Origin: Lama guanicoe
Lineage: Eukaryota
Direction: 5' to 3'
DNA length: 64,000 nt
Assembly: GCA_013239625.1 (NCBI GenBank)
Contig: MU055744.1
Span: 712,355 to 776,354 of the forward strand
Positions 1 through 13,797 of this stretch are shown here, in pieces (position 1 is the stretch's first letter; every line of letters starts with the position of its first letter). The position numbers and the translations under genes are program-made. The notes under the pieces are model-generated. The model did not search any database. It was not told where the DNA came from and saw only the letters and a program-made list of their open reading frames with translations.

Positions 1-1148
1 TGCAAGAGGAAACGGGACACACTGAGAAGCAGCGGGTTTACCGCCCCACAGGTGAGACCGGCCAGGCAGGACGGTGTGATGCACGAGGCCGAGGACAGGA
101 GCCTCCAGAGGAGGAGGTCAGATGGACCCCAGACCCATCACCTCCGCCCCTCCGGGGCTCCGAGGGCCAATCCCGAAAGGAACGGCAGAGGTGGAGCAGA
201 AGCCAGGCGCGTGCCCCTCCCCGCTTTGGGGACAGGTGCTCAGGACCCCTTGCCAACGGGCTTGCTCGTCCCCAGCCCACCCAGCACAGGGAGGGCCTGG
301 AAATGCAGCCCCCTTTCTGGGCTGGGGGCACTCATACTGAGTGACAACATGCCCACAAGGGGCGTTTCCTGCGGCTGGGGGTCTTTGGCAGCCCTCCAGG
401 GGTGAACTAAGTCGGCACCAGTCAAGGCAGCCGCCACGCCCCGGGACCCCCCGACCCTGGCCCGGCGCCTCTCGCCTCTGCGCTCCCAGCCTGCGGCGCA
501 GCCCAACCTGCTTTCTTAAAGGGCCTCTTCCGCTCCCGCTGTGCGACCCCGTCTCCCCTGCACAATGCCATTTTAATTTTGGAAGATTTTGAGCCCACTG
601 CCCACGTGGCTTTCACCGAAACACACACAGACGCAAAGGCCAGCCGGGTCGGCCGGCGATCGACAAGGCCGAGGAGAGAGGCTTGTGTGCTGACTGGGTC
701 ACACGCCCATTTGCTCCGGGACAACGACTCAGTGCCCGCTGCCCTGTGGTTAATCAGCCACACGCTCTGATCACCAGCGTCCATCCACCGCGCCAGAGCC
801 ACATCGATATGGCCCAGACCAGGGACCACGGAGGACGACCTCCCCGCCGGGCAGCAGCGGCTCTCGTCCCGGCGATCAGCAGTCTGGGCCTCGCCAGTGA
901 AACCCGCAGTTCACTAGCAGCGCAGCGGCAGGAGCAGAGCCGCAAGGAGGCGCGAGGTCCCGGGACCCGCCCCCACCCCGCGCGGGCTCTCTCTCCCAGG
1001 GGCTCGGGCTCGGCCCAGCCCATCACAGGAGGACGCAGGCTTTCTCTCTCCATCCCCCCAGCCGGGCGGGCAGCAGACGGCTGGAGCTGGGCTCAGCAGG
1101 TGGCGGGGGCCCGGGAGCCCCTCACTCAGCGCAGCTGTTGTGTCCTTA

Positions 1149-1928
<780 letters not shown>

Positions 1929-2267
1929 TCACGGGCAGGTCAAGTTCAAGAAGGGCCCTGCCGGCACCTGGGCCCAAGTGGAGAGAGTGGGTGAGCGACA
2001 ACGGAGCGGATGCCACACAGTGTCTCCCAGAGCCGCTTCCACTCCCTCGCAGAGAGGCCGGCTCTGGACACCAGCAGAGGTGTCCCTGACCCTGACCCCG
2101 GGGTCCACTCTGCCGTGTCAACACAACACTCCCGAGGACCCCACTTCCCTGAGACGCCTGGCTGGGCTGGGGCTAGTCTGTGGCCAGGCAACTGCTCCCC
2201 CTGGGAACAGCCCAGGGCCCCACCCCCATCACACACTGGGCCTCAAGCCCCCCCCAGCCCCCCCTCA

Positions 2268-2426
<159 letters not shown>

Positions 2427-3449
2427 TCAGGGCCAAGGCCCCCAGGAAGCACAGCAGACAAGCACAGAACCATGCGGGACCCGAGCACGGAATGGCCAGA
2501 GCCCCAGCCCAGCGTGGGGCTTCACTGTGGCTGGAGGCAGGTCTGAGCCAGATTCTGAGGAATCAGAGAGTCGGAAAGGCGGGAGACAGCGATCCGGGGG
2601 CAGAGGCCCCGCTGCGGGAGGCGGGGGGGCGGGGCGTCCGCGATCCCGGGAACATCTCTGCCCGGGACCCCACCAACCGGGGGGGCAGCCCAGGACACCT
2701 GCACTGGCTGCTCAGGGGCCTGGCTCGTCCACGGTCGCTGAGGGGCTCCTCACTCGCCCCCCTCTGCGGGTGGAGCCGATGCCAGGCAAGAAGGGTCCAC
2801 TTGCTTGGACAGACACGAGGGACCGGAGTCACCAGGAGGACCACGCACGGGACACAGGCCCCTGGAGCAACCCAAGAACCCGATGTGCACAGGCAACGCC
2901 ACGGCTCCAGCTAATCTGGTCCCCGACACCCCCGCCTCGGCAGGTTCTCCAGATTCCGGCCCTCGTCAGGCCCACGTGAAGATAAAACTGATGTCACGTG
3001 GCTTATTTACAAAAAAGAAAGACGGAAAAGAAGTTTATCACTCAGGTTTTCACTCAGCAGGCAGAGTCCCAGCCCGCTCATGGGGAGGAGGCTTGTTTGC
3101 AGGCAGGTGGCGTTCAGCTCCATCCCAATGAGAAACCCGCGTCAGGTCCCGTCCCAGGTGGCCAGTCCAGCCCTCGCACCAAGCGCGCAGGCACCACCGC
3201 GCCGCGAGGCTCCCGGCCCCGACGCAGACCGACTCCCGACCCCCGGCCTGGCGGCCAAGGGCCCGGGAGGCTCACTCCGAGCAGAACGCCTGCCCGCCCT
3301 TCTTCAGTAGTTACTTCTCTTCCAGGATTGACGCCTGTTCTCCTGAAGTGCACAGTAACCAGGCTAAGGCTCCGTGAGCGCCCAGGGGAGGCTGGGAGCG
3401 TGTGCACCGGACACGCGACACCCAGCACGTTTGCGCGTCTGCAGGTGCG

Positions 3450-3790
3450 TGGCCGGGAGGTGGTTTGCCTTGTTTTTGGTGAAATCGTCCTGTGCACGTT
3501 GCTCTGCAGTTTGTCACTTCTCTCTGGTGCACATCACTGCCGACTCGTGAGCATGGCTCGTCCTCTTTGACGGCCGGAGAGGTTCCCACACATCGCAGAC
3601 TCATCGTTTATTTAATCTGTCCTCCACTGACGCACGTTTGGTTCCTCTCCAGTTTTCATCAGGACGCAGGCTGCCGTGACTTTCTGGCACCTGTCTTAGG
3701 TGGGCCCCCAGAAGCAGAACCTCTGGGTCAAAGGAGTTCCCCCCTTTTTCTTAATTGTTATGGACCAGCCAAATCATCCTGCCTGCCATT
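3450..3790 (-). mobile_element. Highly diverged L1M(E)-type LINE-1 3' end fragment (approximate bounds)
   Basis: TTTATTTAATCTGTCCTCCACTGACGCACGTTTGGTTCCTCTCCAGTTTT and AGAAGCAGAACCTCTGGGTCAAAGG resemble the antisense L1M 3' end (recalled consensus). Confidence 0.55.
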
Positions 3791-6527
3791 TTGGAAAAGA
3801 TTCTCAGAAGATAACATTTGCTTAAAAAAGAAAAGTCTAGAACATTTTTGCTGCCGAGATTTCCTCTTGGAAATCCAGTGCCGGCAGCTGCTCACAGCTG
3901 GGCTCTCTGCTTCCGAGTTGATCCCAAATCAGATCCCCAATTCAAAGCTTAGGGTCCATGTCTCCCAGGGAGATGCCATCCATGTGGTGCCCACGTGGCG
4001 CGTGCATGTGTGTGCGTGTGTTTGTAGCAGTGGAAGCCAGGAAGACCCTGGGGCAGCCCCTTGTCCATGTTTACACCTTCAACTTCCTCCTCCTGGTCTT
4101 TCTAAGCCATGGTGGGGGAGGGAATTCAACCTCAGGGGCTGCAGGAAGAATTTCACCCTCATACTGGAACGTTCCAGCCATATGTGAACAATCCCCAAGG
4201 GCATGCAAGAAGATGAGCAAGGAGAACGCAGGAGTCCTGCAAGAAAGCGGTGGCTGGTGGGACGAAAGCCACCGGCGAAGCCTTCCAATGTTTTAAAATC
4301 TGATGTGAGTCCTGCGGGGCCCCTCACCTGCACCCGTATTTCCCACTGCTGGAAAAAAGTATGTCCGCAAACCGTTGCCAAGCACCGAGGTCTGAAACTT
4401 AAAGACTCTGTCCGCTGGACACAGCCGCCTCCCCCCTCCCAGGACACTGAATGTGCCCTGACGGCGTGGCTCGCGCTGCGCACAGCCTATGCCGGGCATC
4501 CGGGGACGCTCCGGCAGGCTGTGGGCCTTGTGGCACCCTGACGTGGCTCCGGCCCTGGATTCCAGGCGAAATAAAACAAGTCTCCCGGCCTCCGTGTGTT
4601 TTCCTTATTATCTGATCGGCTGGCCCCCAGACCAGCGCCCTCACTTGGTCAAAGGGAAATGTTGTAAAGCGCAGGCCCCGCAGAACTGGGACACGTGGAG
4701 ACTCGGCAAGGAACAAGGCAGCCCTTCCACACCAAGCGACAGCTGCTGCTCAGCGGAGGGTGTCCCCGAGGCTGCCCCGGCGGCCTCGGCACGGAGATGG
4801 AGGGACAGAGAGCTCGGACCCTTTGAAAGCGGCCATCGGCTGCGGCTGCAGACTCAGCCCCAAGGCTGCCCAGGAGGCTGGGGTGCAGCACCTGGGGACG
4901 CGCGGGCTCACCGCCAGCAAGCAGAGCCCAGCTGCTTCTCGTACAGGCAGCAGGGCCGGGGGAGCTCAGAAGACCCGGGGTAGGGGAGGGTCTTCATGCT
5001 GAGACATTTCTGCTCTTGCTCAGAGAGACCAGGAAAGGACAGCAAGGTGCGTGGATGCTCAGACCCTCCGCACGCCCATGGCGGGTTTCCGGCCAGCTCC
5101 GGTGCAATGGCAGCCCCGGAGCAGTCAGCAAAGCTCTCAGCGACCACTTCCTGCTCTAGATCTGAAAGCCGGGGCAGGGGCTCCACCTACGGCCGGGGCC
5201 GGAGCCCTGGGGGAGCCGGCACCGTCCCCTGCACACCCCGCCCGGCCCACTGGCCTCGGGCGGCCCTGAGGCAGGAGGGGCTGGGAAATCACTGCTGCTT
5301 CCAGAGCCGGGAAAGCCAACAGGCCTGGAGGGAGGCACTGAGGTGCACCAGGGCCTGCGTCTACTGCCAGTCCTCTCAGGAGGACCCCCGCCGTGTGGCC
5401 CCTGATGTGAAAAGCGTCCTTCCGGCTCCCAGGGGGCTCGAGGGGTGAACAAACGACTCAGGAGACCCCAGGATCACCGGAGAGGGGTGCCCAGGCCACA
5501 GAGAGGACACGGCCCCGCCACACACATGAGGAAGGCCCGTGGCACCACGGCTTGTAGCCAGGACATCACAGACACCTGGCTGCACGGAACGCGTGAGTAA
5601 GCAGGTGTCCCAGGTTAGACGGTCCCATACGAGGTGTCCTGAGCACACAGGGCCACCGGGCGAGCAGAGCCCCACGTCCTGCCCCAGGAGGCGGGAGGCG
5701 GTAGAATGACATGCCCTGGGGCTTGCGGGCGGCCACTCGCCATGGCCTTTGCAAAGCGAAAAGCTCCCTTTGGGCCTCAGTGGACTCTGCCTCTTTGTCA
5801 GACTGCAAGGGACCTGGCCTGTGTCCACTCCTCAGGCCCTGGTGTAAACAAGTCGGCCGGGAGTGGAAGCCGCAGGGACCCCTGGGACTCACGCTTTCAG
5901 TGGGTGTGATCGCGGGGGTTCATACAAGCCTTTTAAGGCGCGGACGAGGCACTCAAGCAAAATCGCAAAACCCTGCAAGAGGCCCAACCCATGGAACACG
6001 AGGTCGAGGGGCTGCTGACTGGGAGAAAGGGCAGGAGTGGTGGTGCCCGGGGGGCAGCGTTACTGCCGGGCTGCGTGCACACCTCCCTTCCCCGAGGGCA
6101 CAAGGGCCCCCGATTCTGCAGGGAGGGAGGCAGCCCCGCGGGCAAGGGCCCCCATGCTGGTCGTGGAGGGTCACGGAAGCCCACCCGTGGAACCCCTGGG
6201 GCTTCAGGAACAGCTGGCCTGTAGGAGTGGGGGAGGGGCTTCCTTCCATTCGGGCCCAACCAACCCGACTACTGCTCAACCAGCACCAGGAAGCAAGCGG
6301 CAAGAAGGGGTCTGAGGCGCCAGCTGCTAAGACGCGGCATAGAGGACGGGTCCAAGGGGTGCAGCCAGGAGAAGGGGGGCCTGGGGGCATGAGGCTGGGC
6401 TGGAGCAGGCTGGTTCCTGCCCCAACGCGATGCTGTGGGGACAGGGATGCAGGCAGGCTCACAGCCACCTGCCCGCTGGGTGCACAGCCTGGGGACGGGG
6501 GCACAAGGAAAAGTCCGGGGGGGGGGG

Positions 6528-6579
6528 NNNNNNNNNNNNNNNNNNNNNNNNNNNNNNNNNNNNNNNNNNNNNNNNNNNN
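6528..6579. other. Assembly gap (52 N) inside a poly-G tract
   Basis: N run flanked by G runs. Confidence 0.99.
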
Positions 6580-6654
6580 GGCGGGGGGTGGGGATTGGCC
6601 GGATCACCCAGTGAGCAGCTCCCACATGCACACGGGCACGTGAGGCCAAGCAGG

Positions 6655-7178
6655 CGACGGGGACCAGAATATGCCACCCCAAACATGCCACTTTGGCATG
6701 GGGAAAATTATTCCGAGCTGGAGGCAACAGAGGATCAACAGATGCGGGAAAAGTCCCCTGCCCTCCCCCCATCAGCCTAAGAGCAGGACGTACGCTTCCC
6801 TTTGTGACGGTGGCTCGGAGTCTCCACCACTCCCACCTGAACCCGGTGAGGGCAGTGACCGTCTCCCTGGAGACGGACAGCGGGCACCGAGACGAGCCCG
6901 CCTGGGCGGACCTTGCTGGAATGACCCTCGTCTTACGTTAGTTTCTCCAGTCTATTTTGTAGTTGTGTCTCCATAATTTATTGCTCTTTGTTAAAACGGT
7001 GCATAAGTTCCCAAGCCTCACTATTTCTCTGGGTTTTTACTTCGTGAAGCCCCCATGCATGTAAAATTTAGAATATTAATAAAATATTTTACCTTTTTAA
7101 TGTCTTTGGTCAGTTCAATTGGCACGCCCCATGCACCAAACATAAGAGGGTAGAGGAAAAGTTTTTTCCTCTCGTACA
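6655..7178 (+). mobile_element. ERV1-class solo LTR, MER34-like (524 bp), antisense to COL5A1
   Basis: 5' end ...GGGGACCAGAATATGCCACCCCAAACATGCCACTTTGGCAT and 3' end AGGGTAGAGGAAAAGTTTTTTCCTCTCGTACA match recalled MER34-family termini. AATAAA at 7078-7083. Near-perfect 4-bp flanks CAGG/GAGG. Confidence 0.8.
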
Positions 7179-7639
7179 GAGGGATTCTGAGGTCAGCCTG
7201 CTCCTGACTCTGTGTCCAGTGTTCTTTCACAGCTCATGAGCACACAACCAGGAGATCTGGGCATTGAGAGGCTGCTGAGCCGTGAGCAGGGACAATTCCT
7301 GGACAAGGCCAGTTAAGCAGGGCTCGTGGCGAGGGGGGCAGTGCTCAGCTCCCAGAACCAGCCTCTCTCCCCAGGACGGTCAGTGGGCTGCAGCATCAGA
7401 GACCAAGGGCCCCAGAGCAGGTGGGTCCTCTGCCTGCCCCTCCTTGGTCCCTGTCTCCTGGACCCCAGCTTGGGTTTAAGAGAGACCAGCTGTAAAGGCA
7501 CCAAAATGACACTCCCGGGTGTCGTGGCTCCTCCAACAGCCAGGCCGCAGGGCGCAGAGCACCAGCAGGGGCACCGTCAGGCTCAGTCCAGAGGCAGGGA
7601 CCAAGGAGGGAGGGGAGCCCCTCTGGTTCACGGGCACTG

Positions 7640-7712
7640 AGACCCAGCGCCCAGCACTGTGGACACTCAGTGAACATCTGCATGCTGGACGGACAGATGG
7701 ATGGACGGACTG
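7640..7712 (+). mobile_element. L2 LINE 3' tail remnant running into a short (TGGA)n
   Basis: CCAGCACTGTGGACACTCAGTGAACATCTGCATG...GATGGATGGA resembles the L2 terminus GGCACATAGTAGGCACTCAATAAATATTTGTTGAATGAATG. Confidence 0.5.
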
Positions 7713-9068
7713 ACACTGGGAGCACCACAGCGGCTGACCGGAGATGCCAGTCAGTACCGTGCCCACTGTGGACAGCGTCCTAGCCTTCGTCTAAGAGGGA
7801 GGAGGTCTGCGCTGCCACGCAGCCCCCACGCATGGGTCCCTCTGAAGACGGCTCTGTGGGCCGTCACCCGACCTGACACAGATCCAGCTGCATCAGGCAC
7901 TGCAGCCCCCAGGACAGAACTCAGGTGGTGCTCGTCCCTGGGTGGGGGGAGGGCAGCAGCTGCCTGGCTCGCCTGGAATCTTGACTGGGTGGCGGGGGTG
8001 GAGACAGCGTGCTGTCCGAGCGGGTCAGAGCCAGCCCAGCACCCCTGCCACGGAGCGGGGCCACCTACTCGCCCCCAGGGCCACCTCTGGCCACAGGGAA
8101 GCAACGTGGCAGGAATCCCGCCTGCTGCCGTCTGACCTGGCTGTCTCGCAGGTCATGCCCGACCTGCTTTGTCTGCGCGGTCACTTCACATTGCCGCAGC
8201 CCCCAGGGCCTGACAGCCAAGTGCCCTCGCAAGCAGACCCTACCCGCCGCCTCTCCTCCGGACCAGACCCCGCCATCGTCCGCCCCGAACCGTGAGGCCC
8301 TTCCTCGCTCTGGCCAGTGTACCAGGCCCTGGGGGTAAACGCCCGTTAGGACGCACACGCGCTCCCAGGGCCTCTCTTCTACGGCTCAGCCGCCCGGTCA
8401 TCAGCCCCTAGCCTGGCTGTGCTCGCACCAACGTTCAGGAGACCAGCAGGGAAAACAGAGAAAAAGGAAGAAAGTCAAGGACCCACAGGTGCAGTACCCG
8501 AGATGCCCACTGGGTGTCAGAACGAAATCGCGGGTCCTGGGCTCAGCAGGCATCTCCGGTCCCTGTGAGCAGCGCGACCCCAGGATGGGCCCTTTGACCC
8601 CGAGCAAGCCCTCTTGCGTCTGTGGCTTGATTTCCAGCAAGGAGACTGGAGCGAAGGGGGCTCAAGGCCAACGAAGCTCTCACACTGAGGGAGGACTGGC
8701 GCAGATCCCGAGACGCACCGGAGCCCTCTGGCCGCTGCAGAAGTTGCTCCGGCCACGCGGACGCACGGCCGCAGGGCCGCCCCTTTGTGCTGACCCGGCA
8801 GCCTCCGCGGGACACACGGCCCGGCGGGGCCTCCCTCCTGCAGGTGTCGCCTGCCCCAGCTCAGAGCCAGGCAGCGGCCCCGCTCCCCTAAAGGCCCGAA
8901 GGGAGCGCGCGCAGGCAGCGGGTGGCGGGAGGCCTGGCGCCGCGGCCACTTGAGGAAGGAAGGCAGCGTGCCGCGGGATCCGCACGTGCGAGGACAGGCC
9001 GGCCCGGGGCAGGGAGGGCGCCGGGACCTGCCCACAGGGCCCGTGGTCGGGGACTGAGCAGCCCTTAC

Positions 9069-9131
9069 CCGTTCTCCCGGGTCCCCCACTTGGCCAGTGG
9101 GACCCATCGTTCCTGGAGGTCCTGGGAGACC
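9069..9131 (-). CDS. COL5A1: COL5A1 exon 11 (63 bp), COL2 helix
   Basis: Encodes [21 protein letters not shown]. Acceptor tttccttctAG, donor GTAAGG. Confidence 0.98.
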
Positions 9132-9310
9132 CTAGAAGGAAACATAAAACCAAACAGTCAAAGATGCAGCCGCGGAACAGTTCCCGCCCGGCCGGGGGGG
9201 GGGGCGGAGGCGGGGCCGGGAAAGGGCCCGCCCCGAGGCATCCGCACCCGCTTTTCCCAGCCCCTACACGCCTCCCAGGACTCATAGGGGGAACAGAACA
9301 CCATACTCAC

Positions 9311-9352
9311 GGCGGGGCCTTCCGGGCCGGGCGGCCCCTCCAAGAGCATGCC
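9311..9352 (-). CDS. COL5A1: COL5A1 exon 10 (42 bp), COL2 helix
   Basis: Encodes GMLLEGPPGPEGPA. Acceptor gtctctcccAG, donor GTGAGT. Confidence 0.97.
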
Positions 9353-12300
9353 CTGGGAGAGACCAGAGAGGGCGTCTGAGGCCCCAGGACCCCTTCCCTC
9401 CATCCCCGGCCGACCCCACCCCACCCCAGCCCTGAGCATGGCCTCCAGGCCAAGCAGCCACAGGACACAGACTCGGGCCTCCGGTCCACACCCACCGCCC
9501 CGGCAGGGGACCCAAGCAGCAGTCTCTGTGATGGGGGCTGGGGCGTGGCCACGGTGGCCGCCCTGAGTGTGTCGGGGCAGCACCAAGCCCCAGACAGCAG
9601 CCAACAGGCTTCCCTCAAGAGCAGCTTCAGGGGAGGGGGGGACCAGGACCACCAGCCGCACCTCTGGCCCTCCTGTTCCCTGGGGGAAGGAGGCAGCGCC
9701 CGGGCAGGCCCTGGGGACGGCTGCCTGAGGGAACAGTGGACCCCAGGACGGGGCCCACCGAGGGTGGAGGACCACTGCCCGGCGGGTTCAGGGAGAACGA
9801 GGGAAAAGAGACACCACAGGCCGAGGCCTCCGGCCCCGAGAACCATCAGGCCGGCTGCTCAGATGGGCTGCCCGGCGGGCTCCCGGCCCTGCGCCCTCCA
9901 AGGGGTGCTCCCCGCCGCCCAGCAGCGGCGCAAGCGGGAAACGCCGCAGAGTCCGCTGGACAGCCAGTGCCCTCCTACCCCAGCCCCTCACCTGGCTGAG
10001 CCCAGGTCCACCCGGCCTCTGGCCCCCAGGCCTCACTGTCTTTCCCCCCAAATGGGGGCAAGGCCTCCCGCCCCCGCCCCGTCCACCTGGGCCCCAGAGT
10101 CTGTGCGGGCAGTGCGGGGGGTCCAGCTCTCTGAGGTCAGGGCTCCTGGCCCGGGGCTCCCCACTAGGAGGCCCCTACTTCAGCCTCCTTCCCAGCAAGA
10201 CGCTTCTCTCTACTCCTGTCCCGTCGACGCCAGAGCTGGGCAGGCCCAGCACCCCGTCTTCCACGCCCACTTCGGGGGGCTGAGGCAATGCGTGGCCTTC
10301 CAGGGAGGGAAAGGGTCTCCTGCCGCTGCAGGGGTCTGCATGCTCAGAACACAGTGGGGATGGTATCTGGGGGTCCGAGGACCAGGTGGCTTCAGCTGCA
10401 TGTGGGGCCAGTGGGCGCAGTGGATCCCCCCTCCCCAGAGTTCCTGTGACTGCTGGGGCGGCGTGGGAGGGCTGGACAGACTGGCCCTGGGGCAGAACTG
10501 CCTCCTGCCCCCCCCCAGAACAAAGCAAGCTCGGCTGCTTCTCCCGGGGCCTGGCCCCTGCTGCTCTGTCCCAGGCTTTTTCCTGCAAGTGACCAGTCCT
10601 GGAGTTGCTGCCGGGGAGTAAGAGGATGTGCCCAGGAGAGGCACGGGGGATGGACTCCAGGCCGGGGTGGGGGGGGCGCAGGGGCCGGGGCGGCGAGCCC
10701 CTCCGAGCCCCTCATCCTCCCACCAGGGCTGCCCGGTCGCTGTGAGGCTGCGCCCTGTGTTCACACAGATGTGCACTGAGAGACGTGTGTGCACGCGCGG
10801 TGCACATAGGGAGTTCACCCGAGCGGCCTCGCAAACCCTGGCTTTCCTGCTTCCCTCTCTGACAAAGGCCACGGCGGGGGCTCAGAAGCCGAGGGGGGAT
10901 TAGGGGAGAACACCCCGGCCCCGTCGGGCCCGGGGCGCCGCAGCCGTGCTCCCAGACACACCGACTGCCGGTCCGGGGGCGGGGGCGTGGCGGGCAGGCC
11001 CTCATGGGAGCGCCAGCCCGGACCACTCCAGGCGGTTCGGGGAGGGCCGGGAGCTGCTGGATGGCCAAGCCTGGTGAGGGGTGCCTGCGCTCTCCCAGGC
11101 TCGGCCATCGCCAGAAAGGGGCCCGGGGCCGCCGCCCCTCCGAGGAGGGCTCCCAAGGCCACGGAGAGCGGAAGCCCCCTGCAGGAGCCGGCTCCACGCC
11201 CCACCAGGGAGCAAGCTCTCAGCCTGAGAACTGAACTCTTACGGGAGGCCCGTCCATCTGCTGAGCGGCACAGACCGAGAAGACCCTCCCTGAACCACGG
11301 GGGACGGAGACACGACCATCTTCTGCCTGTGGTGGGTGCTCACCAGCTGTTCCCCGCCATGGACTCGGGGGCCCCGTCCCTTTCAGGGGCCGCTGTGCTG
11401 CGGGCCGGTTACAGCAGGCCCTGGACCTGACTGGGAACCAGCCCGAAGTCCCTGGCATGGACAGAGAGGAAGGGCCGCTTCCGAGAGCTCCCTGGACAGT
11501 GAGTCACATGGCCCGAGAGAGGGCGCGGGGGCAAGTGGCAGAGAGAGGAAACAGCCTCCAGCCTCCACGGGCAGGGACGCCCGCGTGGTCAGCAGCGAGA
11601 CCCCGCCAGCCGCCTCCCAGGACTCGGCCATGTGTCTATGGGGAACTAAGACTCCGAGGACAGCTGGCGAGGTTCCAGGTTGAGAAATTCTAACTGTCTA
11701 CATGAGCTCTCCGGCGGGAACTGGCCTCGGCCCCACAGGCTCTCCCCGCAGGCTGGGGGCTGGGGGGTGCGAACGCCAGGGCCAGAGGGGGCGGGCATCC
11801 TTCCCTGGCTGCGTCCAGATGGCCCATTCCTCCCCGAAAAAAAATGAAACAAGTCTTGTGGAGACATGCTGTTTGTGTTGGACCGCCTCTGTTTTCTCAG
11901 CCCTCTCCCCTGGCCCACGCTCCACGGTGGAGCCTGGTAGAGCCTGGCAGCAGGACACCCCGTGCACCAGCCTCACCCCCCGCCCCTTGCACAGATCTGG
12001 GGCACTATGGCTCTCCCACAGGGTCAGCCCAGTCGGGGGGACGTGTGAGCAGGAAGCTCGTGTGGACTGAGGTGCCGGCCCGGCCCTCGCACAGCGGGGA
12101 CCAAAGCCAGGACTCCGCAGAGCCCAGCTGCTGCCTGCCCATGGGGCTCGCTCTTGCCAGGCAAGATACTCCTTTCACTGAAGCGACAGGGACACCACAG
12201 AGGCCACCCAAGTCAGCGGCAGTCCACTGCGGACCAAGGCCACCTGCGGGAACGTCCAAGCCGGTCGCGACTTCCCCGGGAGGTGCGCGCAGCTGGCCGC

Positions 12301-13564
12301 AGGGGAGCCCTGCTGGAGGCGGGCCCCTCACCACTCCCCCAGCTGCAAGGGCAGCAGGGGTCTCAGCAGCCCAGCCCTTCGGGGGCTCCCCCGACTTCCG
12401 GCTGCAGTGCTCTGCCCCGAGGGTCACCCTTCTCTCTGAACCTGGACTTGGTGCCAGGGCTCCTCACGTTGCCAAGTGAGGGCCTACCTGGTGCTGGCGG
12501 AAGCCCTGCGCCCCCATCCCCTGGCCTCAGACAAGCCCTGTGTCTCTTGGACCCCAGGGAGCAACGGAAAGGAGATGGTCCCAACCCAAGGAAAGGATGT
12601 GTGTGCCCAGCGGCTGCAGCCCTGGGGGAGCGGACGGGCCCCTCCCTGGGACAGGCCTGGAGGGAGCCTGGAGTGGGACAGTCACCCAGTCCTGGTCCTG
12701 TCTGCCCCAGCCACTGGCCTCATGTGCCAAGGGAGAAAAGGGTCCGAGAGACCCTCCCCAGATCCACGAGAGGAGGGGCCTGCCTCAGCTCTGCATCCCA
12801 GGAGCCCCAAGATCAGAAGGGCCCTGGAGTCTCCAGCCGCAGCCTGGGCTCAGCCACCAGGAACCGAGTCCTGGCAGCGGAAGCCTGGCCCCAGTCTCGT
12901 GACCGGTGTGGTGCAGGGCGCTGGCCTCCTCCCCTCGGCGCTTGGAGGACGTGGCAGGGGAGGGACTTGGCAGCCAGCCCTTCCCAACTCCCATGTCCGG
13001 AGCTGCTTCCCGGCCCACGACGCCGTGTCCATCGTGTGCAGCCACGGGGGCCCTGCCCGCCTGATGGTCTGGCACCTCGCCCACCCGGGTCAGGGCCCTG
13101 GCTTCGGCGGCCCTCAGGCACGGCTCCCCGAGGGCAGAGGATGTGCCAACGTGGAGCATGGCCCCCGCCAACACCCACCCACCCACCCAGAGCGGCACGT
13201 GGGACCTCCTCCCTCCACTCCAACGTCACGACTTGACCCACGGCCGTGACGGTTCACTGGCCCGGGGCCCACCAGCCAGCGCCTGTGGCTGACACGCAGC
13301 TTCCCTGTTTCACCAGCGGCAGCAGCTTCCCCCGCACGCTGCAGGCCCGCCTGGAGAGGCGCGTGTGAGGTTACAGCCCCGCGCCCGCTGTGGCGCGGCA
13401 GCGCCGGCCCAGGCCCGCAGTGCCTGCTAGTCCCCGCTGACCCCCGGGACGGCCCCTCACTCTCCGGAGCTGAGTGTCTTTATCAAGGAGAGATGAGCAC
13501 AGCGACAAGCCTGGATCCTGCGTGGGCAGCGCGGAGCCCTGACCAGCCCAAAGCCCAGGCGCCT

Positions 13565-13614
13565 CCTCCCCGGCGAGGCCCAGGCGTCCCCTCCCCGGCG
13601 AGGCCCAGGCGTCC
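13565..13614. repeat. Perfect 25-bp tandem duplication in intron 9
   Basis: CCTCCCCGGCGAGGCCCAGGCGTCC occurs twice (13565-13589 and 13590-13614). Confidence 0.95.
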
Positions 13615-13797
13615 CCCTGCTCGGGGGCCTTCCGGGGCAGCACGCGGCAGCTCGTGGTCGCGTGGCTCCCGGCAGTGGCCCCAGACAGAGAGGCACGGGG
13701 TCCCACGGGTCTGGCCACGTCCTGCCTAACCCGCTGTGTGCCCCGGGCTGCGACCCACACCCCGCCCGTCTCAAGAGGTGACAGGAAAGCCCCTTAC

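Noticed and set aside
9545-13249. Long ORFs (358 aa at 9545-10621, 360 aa at 12154-13236, 257 aa at 12476-13249) as nested genes
   Set aside because: They are Pro/Gly/Arg/Ala-rich, have no recognisable domain and overlap in several frames on both strands. This is expected from stop-codon depletion at this GC level.
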